Part shown: positions 18,344 through 28,528 of the stretch, piece by piece
Layout: each line of letters starts with the position of its first letter
Position numbering within the stretch: position 1 is the first letter of the stretch
Virus record (IMG/VR): IMGVR_UViG_3300014826_000003
DNA: 64,000 bases
Source: an uncultured virus (IMG/VR IMGVR_UViG_3300014826_000003)
Taxonomy: Duplodnaviria; Heunggongvirae; Uroviricota; Caudoviricetes
Strand: one strand, 5' to 3'
Position numbers and translations under genes: made by a program
Notes under the pieces: generated by a model
Told to the model about the DNA's origin: nothing
Database searches by the model: none
Seen by the model: only the letters and a program-made list of their open reading frames with translations

Positions 18344-18946
18344 ATGAACAAGTTATCAAACGACAGAATAGCTGAAATAGCTAGACAAAATGGTATTCAA
18401 CCAGCTGCTTTACTGGCAGTAAAACTTATTGAGTCCGGTCAACGGTCTGGTTTCTTGGATTCAGGTAATCCTCAGGTTCTATTTGAAGGCCATATCTTCT
18501 ACAAACTGCTGGTTCAGAATCGTAAAGATCTCAAAATCTCTGAGTTGATGGCTAAAAATAAGAACATCATCTACCCAAAGTGGACCAAAATCTACTACAA
18601 GGGTGGCGAAGGCGAGTGGCAAAGACTGATGAAAGCTCGTCAAATCGACAAAAACCTCGCCGATCAGTCAGCTTCTTGGGGTATGTTCCAGATTATGGGC
18701 TTCAACTTTAAGACTACTGGTTGTAAGTCCATAGAGGAATTCGTCGAAAAGATGTGTTCTGGACCGGAAGCACAGCTCCAACTTACCGTAAACTTCATCA
18801 AGAAGAACGGTATGGACAAGCTTTTGAACCAACATCAGTGGGCTAAGTTTGCAAAATGGTACAATGGTTCAGGTTATGCAGCTAATAAGTATGATGTTAA
18901 GCTTCAGGCTGCTTACACTAACTACTCTAGAATCTATCCGAAATGA
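18344..18946 (+). CDS. endolysin, N-acetylmuramidase (DUF3380-type)
   Basis: IESG, LFEGHIF, SASWGMFQIMGFN, FAKWYNG motifs. Confidence 0.85.
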   Translation: MNKLSNDRIAEIARQNGIQPAALLAVKLIESGQRSGFLDSGNPQVLFEGHIFYKLLVQNRKDLKISELMAKNKNIIYPKWTKIYYKGGEGEWQRLMKARQIDKNLADQSASWGMFQIMGFNFKTTGCKSIEEFVEKMCSGPEAQLQLTVNFIKKNGMDKLLNQHQWAKFAKWYNGSGYAANKYDVKLQAAYTNYSRIYPK

Positions 18947-19992
18947 AAAAATTGAGGGTTTTGGGAGTATCAGCAGGGCAAGGAGCTCTGCTGTTCCCGT
19001 TTTTACAGTTAGAAAACTTTAAAATTGTAGCTAATATTGAACCTAGAGGTGTATTTCACACTCCCAAAGAGGAACAATGGAAGCTTAATTTTGAAGGTAT
19101 ACCTTTTATTAGAGATAGAGGGTATCTTTTTGAGTTGGTAAAGTCTGAGAAACCAGTTGATGTCATAGTTTCATCACCAGACTGTGGGGCTTCTTCTATA
19201 ATGAGGCTTTCTAAAGTCAAACAACTTGGTAATCCTAAGGAAAACTCATCATTAAACTTGGTTATACAGAGTATACAAACTCTAAAACCTAAGGTTTTTA
19301 TGATAGAGAACCTCCCTAAGTTGGTGACTTTACTACCTCCAGAATTTTTCGAATCTGCAGTACCTGAATACAAACTGATTTATCACCAAAGATCAGTATC
19401 AGATTATGGTAATTCTCAGGTATCAAGGAAAAGGTTAGTAATTATTGGTATCAGGAAAGACGTAAAGAAACTTAAAAAAGCTTTCAATGATGTTTTTCAA
19501 GTAGATAAGTTAAAAGTTACTAGTCAACTTCTGGAGGTTGCCCAATTTGAAGGAAATGATATGAATTATATGCCGCCGTTAGATAAACGGTTAGCGATGT
19601 ATGATTATCGTAAACTCCCCGATAAGAAGTCACTTACTGTAAAGAAGGTACACAAACTGTGGAACAAAGATTTCAAAGATGAAAAGAAGTGGCCTATTAA
19701 AACGGCTAAAATGAATACCTTACCTGGGGTTTATAGGTTAGAAGGTAATAAATCGCCTCTTACCTTAAGACCTGCGGATAGGCAATTTAGACCCGATGGA
19801 TGGCCTCTCGGAATCCAGGATTTCAAGGCCATTATGGGATTTCCTAAAGGGTACCAGATTTACATGGATTCCTCAAATCCTAAAAAATACCTCTACTGGT
19901 TGAATAAAGCTCGCTATACTATTGCCAAAGGATCAGTTTACGAAGTTGGGAAATGGTTTTCTAAATGCCTAGAAACTGCCTATTTTAGATAA
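18943..19992 (+). CDS. DNA cytosine-5 methyltransferase, divergent
   Basis: Motif I-like VSAGQGA, IV SPDC, VI IENLP, VIII QVSRKR, IX AIMGFP. Confidence 0.75.
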   Translation: MKKLRVLGVSAGQGALLFPFLQLENFKIVANIEPRGVFHTPKEEQWKLNFEGIPFIRDRGYLFELVKSEKPVDVIVSSPDCGASSIMRLSKVKQLGNPKENSSLNLVIQSIQTLKPKVFMIENLPKLVTLLPPEFFESAVPEYKLIYHQRSVSDYGNSQVSRKRLVIIGIRKDVKKLKKAFNDVFQVDKLKVTSQLLEVAQFEGNDMNYMPPLDKRLAMYDYRKLPDKKSLTVKKVHKLWNKDFKDEKKWPIKTAKMNTLPGVYRLEGNKSPLTLRPADRQFRPDGWPLGIQDFKAIMGFPKGYQIYMDSSNPKKYLYWLNKARYTIAKGSVYEVGKWFSKCLETAYFR

Positions 19993-20154
19993 CTGGAGTA
20001 TGGCGCACGCATATATGCGGCCGTGTAAAGTAATAAGCGGGTGCGCCCGCCATAGTAAGTTATATACCACTAAAAGTATATAACTAATACTATATACGCT
20101 TTTAGAGGTGAGGATATAATCATCAAAAGAAATCAGCTCGGTAAACCTCGCTGA

Positions 20155-20179
20155 AGGTAATCCGAGACTCGGATTACCT
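20155..20179. promoter_or_regulatory. perfect 25-bp palindrome (operator-like)
   Basis: AGGTAATCCGAG-A-CTCGGATTACCT, 30 bp upstream of ORF 20210. Confidence 0.55.
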
Positions 20180-20209
20180 AAGATACATTTCACTTAAAAC
20201 GTATGAGAT

Positions 20210-20974
20210 ATGAAACCAAGAAAATTTATCCGTGATCACCCCAGTATCACGATGGCCCTTATCATTGGGTTACTAGTAATTACTATTTACCAATGCTTCA
20301 CGAACTTCACGCTCCGAAGGAAGCTCAGTCGATATCAACCAGAAACGACGACTATCGCTACAATCAAACCGGCCGGAAGCGATAAACCTACGGAGATAAA
20401 GGTAACTGATACCGAGTTCTCGAAGCTTGATCCTTACAAGGGTCAACAGCAACCAGCGACTATCCTGTTTTGGGGAACCGATCCTAACAGCCCTCGCGAC
20501 AAGGTCCGCCCGAGCATCTCTGCTGCAGACAGCCTGGGCCTGACCAACTGGCCGTTCGCCACCTCCTTTCAGAACGGCTTGGGGCTATCGCCAACATTCG
20601 GTCTCAAACAGGATTCGCTGGTTCAACTGTTGTTAGATAGGAAAACTTTAGAACTCAGTTTCTATGACCGAGGTATTAGTAAGTACTATTCAGCTACATA
20701 CCCTCTTGATCTTGAAAGATACAAGTATAACTGGGAACCTAACTCAGGTCTCACATATACCAAGAATCGGCTCTTTACAATAGGACCATATGTTCAGGCT
20801 CGGTATAGGATATTTGATAAGGTCCCAACGGTATCAGCTGGGATTTCCTTCAAGACCAGGAAATGGGATTATAACTTGGGAGTTTCCTTAAGTCGCGATC
20901 CTTTACTTGATCCTAAGTTTAGACCCGACGTGGAGATCTCCGTAACCTACGAATTTGAAAGATGGCTAAAGTAA
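20210..20974 (+). CDS. membrane-anchored protein, candidate spanin
   Basis: N-terminal TM helix; C-terminal alternating beta-strand pattern; near the endolysin. Confidence 0.45.
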   Translation: MKPRKFIRDHPSITMALIIGLLVITIYQCFTNFTLRRKLSRYQPETTTIATIKPAGSDKPTEIKVTDTEFSKLDPYKGQQQPATILFWGTDPNSPRDKVRPSISAADSLGLTNWPFATSFQNGLGLSPTFGLKQDSLVQLLLDRKTLELSFYDRGISKYYSATYPLDLERYKYNWEPNSGLTYTKNRLFTIGPYVQARYRIFDKVPTVSAGISFKTRKWDYNLGVSLSRDPLLDPKFRPDVEISVTYEFERWLK

Positions 20975-22458
20975 GTACAGAAAATACAGGTCTAACCTCT
21001 GAGCAGGTTAAAATCTTAGCTCAAGTAGTGGTAGATGTTTTCCTGTTCAGTACTTTCTGTTTCGTAGTTCACCCAGTTAGAGGTAAAGTCCACTTTAACC
21101 TCTACCCCTTCCAAAAGTCAGTGTTATATCAGTTTGTTCTGAAGCAGTTCAATATCATACTGAAATTCAGACAGGCCGGTATTACAGAGCTTATCTCAAT
21201 GTACTGCCTCTGGTTGGCGATGTATCATCCGAACAAGAAGATCAACATCATCTCAATCAAAGATACAACCGCTAAAAAGGTACTGAAGAAGATTAAGTAC
21301 ATGTACAAGAATCTTCCTCCGTTCCTTCAGGTTCCGATCGTAAATGGTCGTGCAGGTGAATATGGCTCAGCGTCCATGATAGAATTCAACAACGGTTCTT
21401 TCATAGAATCTATACCTACTTCTTCTGAAGCAGGCCGTTCTGAATCTCTATCTTTGCTGGTCATCGACGAGGCAGCAATTGTTAGATGGGCTTCCCAGAT
21501 TTGGGCAGCTGCTTTCCCAACACTTTCTACTGGTGGTTCAGCCATTGTCAATAGTACTCCGTATGGAATCGGAAACTTCTATCACTCATCATGGGTAGAC
21601 GCTATTGCTGGTGGTAACCCATTCAATCCGCTCCGTCTATACTGGCGTATGCACCCTGAACGGGACGATACGTGGTATGAGCAAATGTCCTCGGCTCTTG
21701 GCCCAAAGCGAACAGCACAAGAGATCGACGGAGACTTCCTTTCTTCTGGTAATTCAGTATTTGACCTCATCGATATCAAGGCGATAGAAGACTGCCTATC
21801 GGACTACCCAGTTATCAAACGAAGATACAATGGGCAGTACCTCCAATTCTTGGAGCCTGAACCAGAGAAGGAGTACTTTATTGGGGCTGATGTTGCGACA
21901 GGCCGGGCCTCAGACTATTCCTCTTTCACCGTGATGGACAAACCTGGAGAGGAACAAGCAGTTTATAAAGGTCGTATGTCAGTAGATAAGTATGCAAGGC
22001 TTCTTGGAGATACGGGCCAGTTGTATAACTGGGCTATGCTTGCTCCGGAATCGAACGATGTTGGTTTGGCAGTAGTAGCTTTCTTGCAGGCTGAGAGTTA
22101 TCCTAAACTCTACTACTACCAGAAGATGGTGAAGAAAAAGGGTAAGAACAAACCCGAAGTGGACAAAGCCCCTGGCTGGTTGACTACCAACAAGAATAGG
22201 CCAGTTATTATCGATGGCTTGGAAACTGATGTCAGAAACGACAACATTATCGTGAAGGATCCTTTCTTCGTATCAGAAGCTAGGACCTTTATATATGATG
22301 GCATGGGCAGACCTGTTGCTATGGGTAAACACAAGAGTAACGGTGAGGCTGATGATTCTCTATCTGGAGATACCTATGCAGATGATGACATCATGGGAAA
22401 AGCCATAACAAATCACATCAGGAAAGGTAAACAAAACATAATAATATCACCACGATGA
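20962..22458 (+). CDS. terL: terminase large subunit
   Basis: LYPFQ, KFRQAGIT (Walker A), LLVIDEAA (Walker B), NSTPYG, FIGADVATG and DDDIM nuclease motifs. Confidence 0.92.
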   Translation: MAKVSTENTGLTSEQVKILAQVVVDVFLFSTFCFVVHPVRGKVHFNLYPFQKSVLYQFVLKQFNIILKFRQAGITELISMYCLWLAMYHPNKKINIISIKDTTAKKVLKKIKYMYKNLPPFLQVPIVNGRAGEYGSASMIEFNNGSFIESIPTSSEAGRSESLSLLVIDEAAIVRWASQIWAAAFPTLSTGGSAIVNSTPYGIGNFYHSSWVDAIAGGNPFNPLRLYWRMHPERDDTWYEQMSSALGPKRTAQEIDGDFLSSGNSVFDLIDIKAIEDCLSDYPVIKRRYNGQYLQFLEPEPEKEYFIGADVATGRASDYSSFTVMDKPGEEQAVYKGRMSVDKYARLLGDTGQLYNWAMLAPESNDVGLAVVAFLQAESYPKLYYYQKMVKKKGKNKPEVDKAPGWLTTNKNRPVIIDGLETDVRNDNIIVKDPFFVSEARTFIYDGMGRPVAMGKHKSNGEADDSLSGDTYADDDIMGKAITNHIRKGKQNIIISPR

Positions 22459-23924
22459 AAATACTCGGATTTACTATCTCGGTAACCCGTGGGAAACCTC
22501 CCTCAACCCAAGAGGCGAGAGAGTCGAGGAAACCCAAGGTTACCGGGGTAGAACCGGGCAGAATCTCTGTCCCGGACACTATTGGAAATGGCCATATATA
22601 CACATTGAAGGATTTTACCGAGATGGTAGATCCTTCATTCCGTGTTGAGGTTATTAAGCTAATTCGGGATTTGTACAAAGTGAATCCTGATGTTAGCAAA
22701 GCTCTACAGGATGAGTTCCAATTGACTAACACTGGTCACTTGGTACAATTTCCTAACAACTCTGACGAGGAGGCCGATGCCATGAGGGATCATTTGGTTA
22801 AAGCTTCTAAGAAATGGTCTAACTATACGGCTGGTATAGATGGCCTGGTTAACAGGATGCTAGCACAGTTGTTTATAAGTGGCGCTATTTCTATTGAAGC
22901 TGTACCTAATATGAAACTAGACGGGCTGGAAACCATCCTATTTGTAAACCCTGACTCCATTATATTTAGGCGTGAAAGTAACGGTGTATACCATCCTTAC
23001 CAACGTAACACTAACTGGTTGAACAAACCTCAGGATTACATTAAGTTAAACCTGAATACCTACAAGTATGTTAGTATGTACAATGATACGGATGAACCTT
23101 ACGGAATCCCACCTTTCATGGCTGCACTTGATTCATTGAAGACCCAGTCTGATATGAAGGTGAACATGAAACATATCATGGAGAATGCTGGTATGCTTGG
23201 ATTCTTGGAAGCTCTTATGGAGAAACCCGAGATCAGAGCTAATGAGTCTAATGAGATGTACTCTCGTCGTTTGGATAGAGAGTTACGTAGAATGAAGACT
23301 CGACTCAGGGAAGGCATGAAAGATGGTTTGGTAGTTGGCTTCAAGGATGATCATGAGTTTAAGTTGAACTCTACTACTAGAGAGATGTCTAATGTAGATA
23401 AGCCTTGGGCTATAAACCAACAATCGGTGGCTAATGGCTTGGGTGTTACAAGCTCTCTTCTTGGTGTTCAACAGTCTGCTACTGAAGGTGGTGCAGGTAT
23501 TAACTTATCGAAACTACTCTCTCAGTTGAAGAACTTCCAAATGCTGGTAAGCTATGTGCTCGATTTCATTTACTCTTTGGAACTGCGCCTTGCAGGCTTT
23601 AATAATAAGGGTATAACCATTGTATGGTACCCGGCTACAGTTTCTGATGATGTAAAGATTCAGCAAGCTAAGCAGTATAAGCAGCAGAACTTACATGCTC
23701 TCTATGTAGATGGTATTATATCGGCTAGCCAGTATGCTCAAGAGATGGGCTATGACCAACCTGATCAGGATGAGCCAAGAGTTCCACTTGATCAACAGGA
23801 AGGTGTAAAACCTGGAATTGAGGATGATGAACGCCAAGCTGGTAAGTCTACTTCTGCTAGAAGAACTCGTGATAAGAATAATCCGAATCCTAAACGTAAA
23901 GATCAAAACCCACAACCCAGATGA
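22455..23924 (+). CDS. portal protein
   Basis: 489 aa directly after TerL; EPYGIPP motif; synteny. Confidence 0.75.
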   Translation: MKILGFTISVTRGKPPSTQEARESRKPKVTGVEPGRISVPDTIGNGHIYTLKDFTEMVDPSFRVEVIKLIRDLYKVNPDVSKALQDEFQLTNTGHLVQFPNNSDEEADAMRDHLVKASKKWSNYTAGIDGLVNRMLAQLFISGAISIEAVPNMKLDGLETILFVNPDSIIFRRESNGVYHPYQRNTNWLNKPQDYIKLNLNTYKYVSMYNDTDEPYGIPPFMAALDSLKTQSDMKVNMKHIMENAGMLGFLEALMEKPEIRANESNEMYSRRLDRELRRMKTRLREGMKDGLVVGFKDDHEFKLNSTTREMSNVDKPWAINQQSVANGLGVTSSLLGVQQSATEGGAGINLSKLLSQLKNFQMLVSYVLDFIYSLELRLAGFNNKGITIVWYPATVSDDVKIQQAKQYKQQNLHALYVDGIISASQYAQEMGYDQPDQDEPRVPLDQQEGVKPGIEDDERQAGKSTSARRTRDKNNPNPKRKDQNPQPR

Positions 23925-25441
23925 GTAAACCAATTACAAAAAAGAACAAGTCCCACCTAGATTCAATGATCATAGGTTGTGGACACTCCATCATGGTTGG
24001 TAATGTACCTGAGGTTATAAGCGATGCTGAAAACCTATCTAAGCTCAATCAGAATTTCTTTGCTTGGGCTGGTACTAACAACGACTCAGTTCAGGCATTG
24101 GGCTTTTGGGGTGGAGAAATCGATTACAACACTTACTATCCTGATCTTAAGCTTGAGGACCTTAAGCCTAAGGAGAACGAGTTCATTACACCTATGTTCC
24201 GATTACTTTCGGAAACTATAGTGTCTAAGAACTGGAACCCCACAGACTTTAGTCAAGGCGGTGTACTCAAAGCTTCTATGCAGCTATTGCTAGGTCAGAC
24301 AGTTAACTGTGATCATGAGACTAACATAGGTAATGCTATAGGCTCTGTATCTAAGGTTGTTTGGCAAGATGCTTATAAGGACGGTAAGTTCTCTATCCCT
24401 GGAGGTATCAATGGCGTTCTGAAGATTGATGGTAAAGCCAATCCTCGTATTGCTCGAGGTATTTTGATGGATCCTCCTTCTATCCACAGTAACTCAGTAA
24501 CAGTACAGTTCCGTTGGGAGAAGTCTCACCCAGAAATGGAGGACAGAGATTTCTACGAGAAGCTCGGTACCTATGACCAACATGGTAATATGATCAGACG
24601 TATTTGTACTGAGATTGTACGGTACATGGAGACTTCTCTTGTATCTCATGGAGCTGATGCCTATGCTCAGAAGATTGGAGCAGACGGTAAGATAGTTAAC
24701 CCAGAGTATGCTAATCGTACCTGGAACTCTTACTCTGAGTACATGAAGGATGACCGTAGGCAATATTACTTCATGGATACTAAATCCTATAATTTTACGG
24801 AAGACGATACTCGGGCAACCTTAATTGATAACCCGGATCCTAATAATTCAAATAAAAACGATATGAACGAACTTCAACAATTTCTCGAGAAGCTGTTCGG
24901 TAAGGACATGCTTACTCTCGGGGAGGGTAAGGAAGCTACTCAGGAGGAAGCTATTTCACTGATCCAGGCTTTGGTATCGGATAAGGCTTCTCTGACCGAG
25001 AAGGTTAACACCCTCACTACCGAGAAGGATTCTCTGACAGAGAAGGTTAATAACCTTACTACAGAGAATGCCAGTCTGAAGGCTAATGCCGAGATTGGTA
25101 AGACCTACGCAACTAAACTGCGTGAAACAGTGGTTGCTAACTACAAGAAGATGCAGGGTGATAAGCTCGACGAGAAGGATCCTATCCTTACTATGTTGAA
25201 TGCCGAATCTACTCCGGTAGCATCTCTTGAGGCTCTCAATGCTACCTATGAAACTCGTTTGGCTGAGATGTTCCCTATGACTTGCAGTAAGTGCGGTTCT
25301 ACTGAGATAAGCCGTGCTTCTTCTGCCGTAGAGGAGCCTAAGAAGCAGGACACTACCAAGAACTCTGAACCCCGTGATACTTCGGATGTATACGCCGACA
25401 TCATGGCTCAGAAGAACCGGTACAAGTCCGCAGAGGAATAA
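23921..25441 (+). CDS. prohead protease with C-terminal scaffold domain
   Basis: DHE..IG, SNSV, ETSLV..GAD resemble HK97/herpes-type maturation proteases; coiled-coil C-terminal part. Confidence 0.7.
   Translation: MSKPITKKNKSHLDSMIIGCGHSIMVGNVPEVISDAENLSKLNQNFFAWAGTNNDSVQALGFWGGEIDYNTYYPDLKLEDLKPKENEFITPMFRLLSETIVSKNWNPTDFSQGGVLKASMQLLLGQTVNCDHETNIGNAIGSVSKVVWQDAYKDGKFSIPGGINGVLKIDGKANPRIARGILMDPPSIHSNSVTVQFRWEKSHPEMEDRDFYEKLGTYDQHGNMIRRICTEIVRYMETSLVSHGADAYAQKIGADGKIVNPEYANRTWNSYSEYMKDDRRQYYFMDTKSYNFTEDDTRATLIDNPDPNNSNKNDMNELQQFLEKLFGKDMLTLGEGKEATQEEAISLIQALVSDKASLTEKVNTLTTEKDSLTEKVNNLTTENASLKANAEIGKTYATKLRETVVANYKKMQGDKLDEKDPILTMLNAESTPVASLEALNATYETRLAEMFPMTCSKCGSTEISRASSAVEEPKKQDTTKNSEPRDTSDVYADIMAQKNRYKSAEE
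24988..25068 (+). repeat. 42-bp in-frame tandem repeat in the scaffold coiled coil
   Basis: SLTEKVNTLTTEKD / SLTEKVNNLTTEN. Confidence 0.75.
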
Positions 25442-25464
25442 ATAACGGTAAAAAGGAAAAGAAT

Positions 25465-25947
25465 ATGAATTACAACAAGGATTTACCTTTGACTCTTGGT
25501 GGTGAGATCACACCTCGAGTTGTGATTTACAAATCTGAATCACACAAGCTCCATCAGGCTTTTGTTCCGAAGCTGGTTTCGGAAACTAGCAATGAGCGAG
25601 TTAAGATCCTTCAGAGCCAGCCGGTTGCTCTTACCAAAGATGGTGAGATCGAGCCTTACACTGGTGCACAGGGTCAGATTTATCTGGGCATCGCTGCTAC
25701 AGACAGTATTAACCCCGCTTATCCTGCTAAGCGTAACTTCCCCATAGAGGTAACAGTGATGGTAGAGGCTTATGCCATCTGCAATTACGTATCCAAGGAA
25801 GCTATGGATTGTGGTTACGTAAAGCCTACGGGTGATACCCTTAACAATCATTTCATTATCGTCGAGGAGTCTGAGACTGAGACAAAGTTCATTGCAATCA
25901 ACCCCGCTGACGAAGAGAACGAGGTCGTTCAGGTACTGATCCGATAA
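25465..25947 (+). CDS. head decoration/cement protein (putative)
   Basis: 160-aa beta-rich ORF between scaffold and major capsid. Confidence 0.55.
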   Translation: MNYNKDLPLTLGGEITPRVVIYKSESHKLHQAFVPKLVSETSNERVKILQSQPVALTKDGEIEPYTGAQGQIYLGIAATDSINPAYPAKRNFPIEVTVMVEAYAICNYVSKEAMDCGYVKPTGDTLNNHFIIVEESETETKFIAINPADEENEVVQVLIR

Positions 25948-25981
25948 CCTCAAGTAGTAACTAATAAATTCCATTATAATT

Positions 25982-27109
25982 ATGGCAGAACCAAAAATTG
26001 ACTTGAGCAAGTATAAGACTCCGTCTGACTTTGCGAAAGAACTTCCTGAGATGGTCCGTTATATGGATGCTGCCCGTGCTGGTAACAACAACCAGGTGGC
26101 TACCGAGATCAGTCTCAGCGAAATGATTCAGGGTAAGTTCGGCCTTTCACAGGACGACTTCTTTGAGAAGCTGGGTGTTAACCCTCGTATGACAACCATG
26201 CAGAACATCTTCACGATGCCTGATCAGAACATCCGTTGGATTGTACCTGAGATCATCCGTGCTGCAATCACTCTTGGCATTCGCAAGGCTCCTTTTTATC
26301 CGGAGATCATTGCTCATGACGAGTCTGTAAGCGGCCTGAAGATCACCATGCCACACATCAACATGTCTGATGCTGCTCCTGCGAAGATCAACGAGGCTGA
26401 GACCATTCCTCTGGGTGATCTCTCTTACGGTGAGAAGCAGGTATCGATCTTCAAGATCGGTAAGGGCTTCAAACTGACCGATGAGGTTCGTGACTATGTA
26501 TCACTCGATGTTCTTGGTATCTATCTACGTGACTTCGGTATTCAGCTGGGCTATGCTCTCGACGCCTTGGCTATGGACGTTCTGTTGAACGGTAACATGA
26601 TCGATGGTTCCGAGTCTGCTCCGGTTATCGGCGTATATGATACTGCTAAGGGTATCACTTACAAGGACCTGCTCCATTTGTGGGTACGTGCTAGCCGTCT
26701 GGGCCGTAACTTCCAGAACATCATCGGCGGAGAGGATCAGGCTATCGAGATGCTCGACCTCCCAGAGTTCAAGGACCGCCATCAGGGTACTACCCAGGCC
26801 ACTCTGAATGTGAAGTCTCCTGTTCCTAACCAGGCCAACTTCTTCATCCATCCGGGTACTCCTGCTAACCAGCTCCTGTTGCTGGATAAGGCTGCAGCCC
26901 TGATTAAGCTGACTGCTAAACAGTTGATGCTGGAGTCTGAGCGAATCGTTTCTAACCAGACTCAGGCTACCTATGCTACTCTGACCACCGGCTTCTGCAA
27001 GATGTATCACGACGCTGCTGTCCTGATCGACTCTTCGAAGCAGTTCACTCAGTTCGGATTCCCCGACTTCATGACGATTGATCCGTTCCTGCACGTGGAT
27101 CTCGAGTAA
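25982..27109 (+). CDS. major capsid protein
   Basis: 375 aa; IVPE, INEAETIP, KIGKGFKLTDE are typical of HK97-fold capsids; strong codon bias; downstream hairpin. Confidence 0.85.
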   Translation: MAEPKIDLSKYKTPSDFAKELPEMVRYMDAARAGNNNQVATEISLSEMIQGKFGLSQDDFFEKLGVNPRMTTMQNIFTMPDQNIRWIVPEIIRAAITLGIRKAPFYPEIIAHDESVSGLKITMPHINMSDAAPAKINEAETIPLGDLSYGEKQVSIFKIGKGFKLTDEVRDYVSLDVLGIYLRDFGIQLGYALDALAMDVLLNGNMIDGSESAPVIGVYDTAKGITYKDLLHLWVRASRLGRNFQNIIGGEDQAIEMLDLPEFKDRHQGTTQATLNVKSPVPNQANFFIHPGTPANQLLLLDKAAALIKLTAKQLMLESERIVSNQTQATYATLTTGFCKMYHDAAVLIDSSKQFTQFGFPDFMTIDPFLHVDLE

Positions 27110-27119
27110 GCAATTTCCT

Positions 27120-27145
27120 GGGAGTAGTCGGCAACGGCTGCTCCC
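27120..27145 (+). terminator. hairpin/terminator after the major capsid gene
   Basis: gggagtagtcg-gcaa-cggctgctccc. Confidence 0.65.
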
Positions 27146-27180
27146 TCTATTCATCTAAACTCTAAAATTTTAAGTAAACT

Positions 27181-27609
27181 ATGGGTAAGAACAAAACTAA
27201 AAGAACCGGACGCTACGTAACCGTAGGTGAAAGTGCTTATAGCTTCTATGATGCTTCAACAGGCATCAATATCGTTAGAGGCGAGAAGAAATTTCTGACT
27301 CCACGTCAGTTGAGTGTTATGAAGATTAAGAAGGCTCTGTCTTCTGGTCATCTGGTCTATGCTGCCGACGACAACAAGCCGGTAGAGAAGTACAATGAGG
27401 AAAAGGTTGAGCAGATGAAGGCTCGATTCGATTCTATGGTACAGCAGGGTATGGACGCAAAGAAGATCGCTTCGGCATTCAACCTTGAGCAGATCACGAA
27501 GATCGCCGATGAGTATTCCATCAATGTTGAAGCCGAGGATACGGTAGAGACTGTGGTTGAAGCTATCATCGCTGACATCGAAGGAAACGGCGGAGGTTCT
27601 GAAGAGTAA
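27181..27609 (+). CDS. hypothetical virion-associated protein
   Basis: ORF after the major capsid gene. Confidence 0.6.
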   Translation: MGKNKTKRTGRYVTVGESAYSFYDASTGINIVRGEKKFLTPRQLSVMKIKKALSSGHLVYAADDNKPVEKYNEEKVEQMKARFDSMVQQGMDAKKIASAFNLEQITKIADEYSINVEAEDTVETVVEAIIADIEGNGGGSEE

Positions 27610-27623
27610 ATAGAAGATACCTT

Positions 27624-28526
27624 ATGGACAATCTAGACTTTCAGTACAGTGTAGAGGGTCTAGACGTTTCATTTACAGTAGTTTCCAAAGTCCCAGCTAA
27701 AGCCATCTTTTCCTGGGACTTTGGTGATGATGGGGAGGATGGTTACAACGTAAAATCCCCAACTCACTCATATGAAAAATCTGGATTCTATACTGTAACT
27801 TTAGAGGTAACAACCTCAGATGGTTCCTTTGAGGCTACGGCTTCTAAGATGGTAATCGTATCTACGATAGCCAAGACCCATCTAACAGGAAGTATCTATT
27901 CCCTGATCAATGAGTACATTCCTCATGAGTTGTCGGATCCGATGACCGCTGATCAGAAATCTCTCTATATCAACAAGTGGCAATTATATATCTATCCATT
28001 ACTGGCTCGTCCTAGAGGACAAGAAATTCCCGTAGAACATTATAACGACGAGTTATACTACGAAGGACTAGAAAACCAGCTTATAATGGAATTGGCAGCT
28101 TGGGATTATCTCAATGTAAAGATAACAAATATCTTAACTGGTACTGGGCAATATCTAAGGGAGTTAACCCAATCAGGTGCAACCGAGGATGATGATGCCT
28201 ACACCAGAACTAGAGGTGACCGAGTTAAACATATCCAAACTGGGCCTACTGAGGTAGACTATTACGATTCACTATCGGAAGCAGCTTCTGCCTTGTTCAA
28301 AGCCTATACCCAAGCGGTTAAGCCAGGAGGTGTGATGGATGAACTCAGGAAGAATCTATGTATGTTGGCTGAACGAGTTGGTGTATACCTCCCATTCTGT
28401 CATCAACCCTATACTCCTGTAATACCACGAGTTGTAAATCGAAGAAATCCAGGACCATTAGGTGGACCCAATCCCACGGCTCCTCTTAATCGGGACAGAG
28501 TTGTAACTTTACATCCTAAGAAGTAA
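27624..28526 (+). CDS. PKD-domain protein, probable head-tail adaptor
   Basis: WDFGDD...PTHSYEKSGFYTVTLEV (PKD); VKHIQTGPTEVDYY adaptor-like hairpin. Confidence 0.7.
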   Translation: MDNLDFQYSVEGLDVSFTVVSKVPAKAIFSWDFGDDGEDGYNVKSPTHSYEKSGFYTVTLEVTTSDGSFEATASKMVIVSTIAKTHLTGSIYSLINEYIPHELSDPMTADQKSLYINKWQLYIYPLLARPRGQEIPVEHYNDELYYEGLENQLIMELAAWDYLNVKITNILTGTGQYLRELTQSGATEDDDAYTRTRGDRVKHIQTGPTEVDYYDSLSEAASALFKAYTQAVKPGGVMDELRKNLCMLAERVGVYLPFCHQPYTPVIPRVVNRRNPGPLGGPNPTAPLNRDRVVTLHPKK

Positions 28527-28528
28527 TT

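Noticed and set aside
20290..20390. Embedded out-of-frame o-spanin in ORF 20210
   Set aside because: The alternative-frame ORF (MLHELHAPKE..., 30 aa) has no signal peptide or lipobox
25540..27154. Long antisense ORFs (156 and 209 aa) over the capsid genes, and similar shadow ORFs elsewhere
   Set aside because: Explained by codon bias of the sense genes; no motifs or promoters support them
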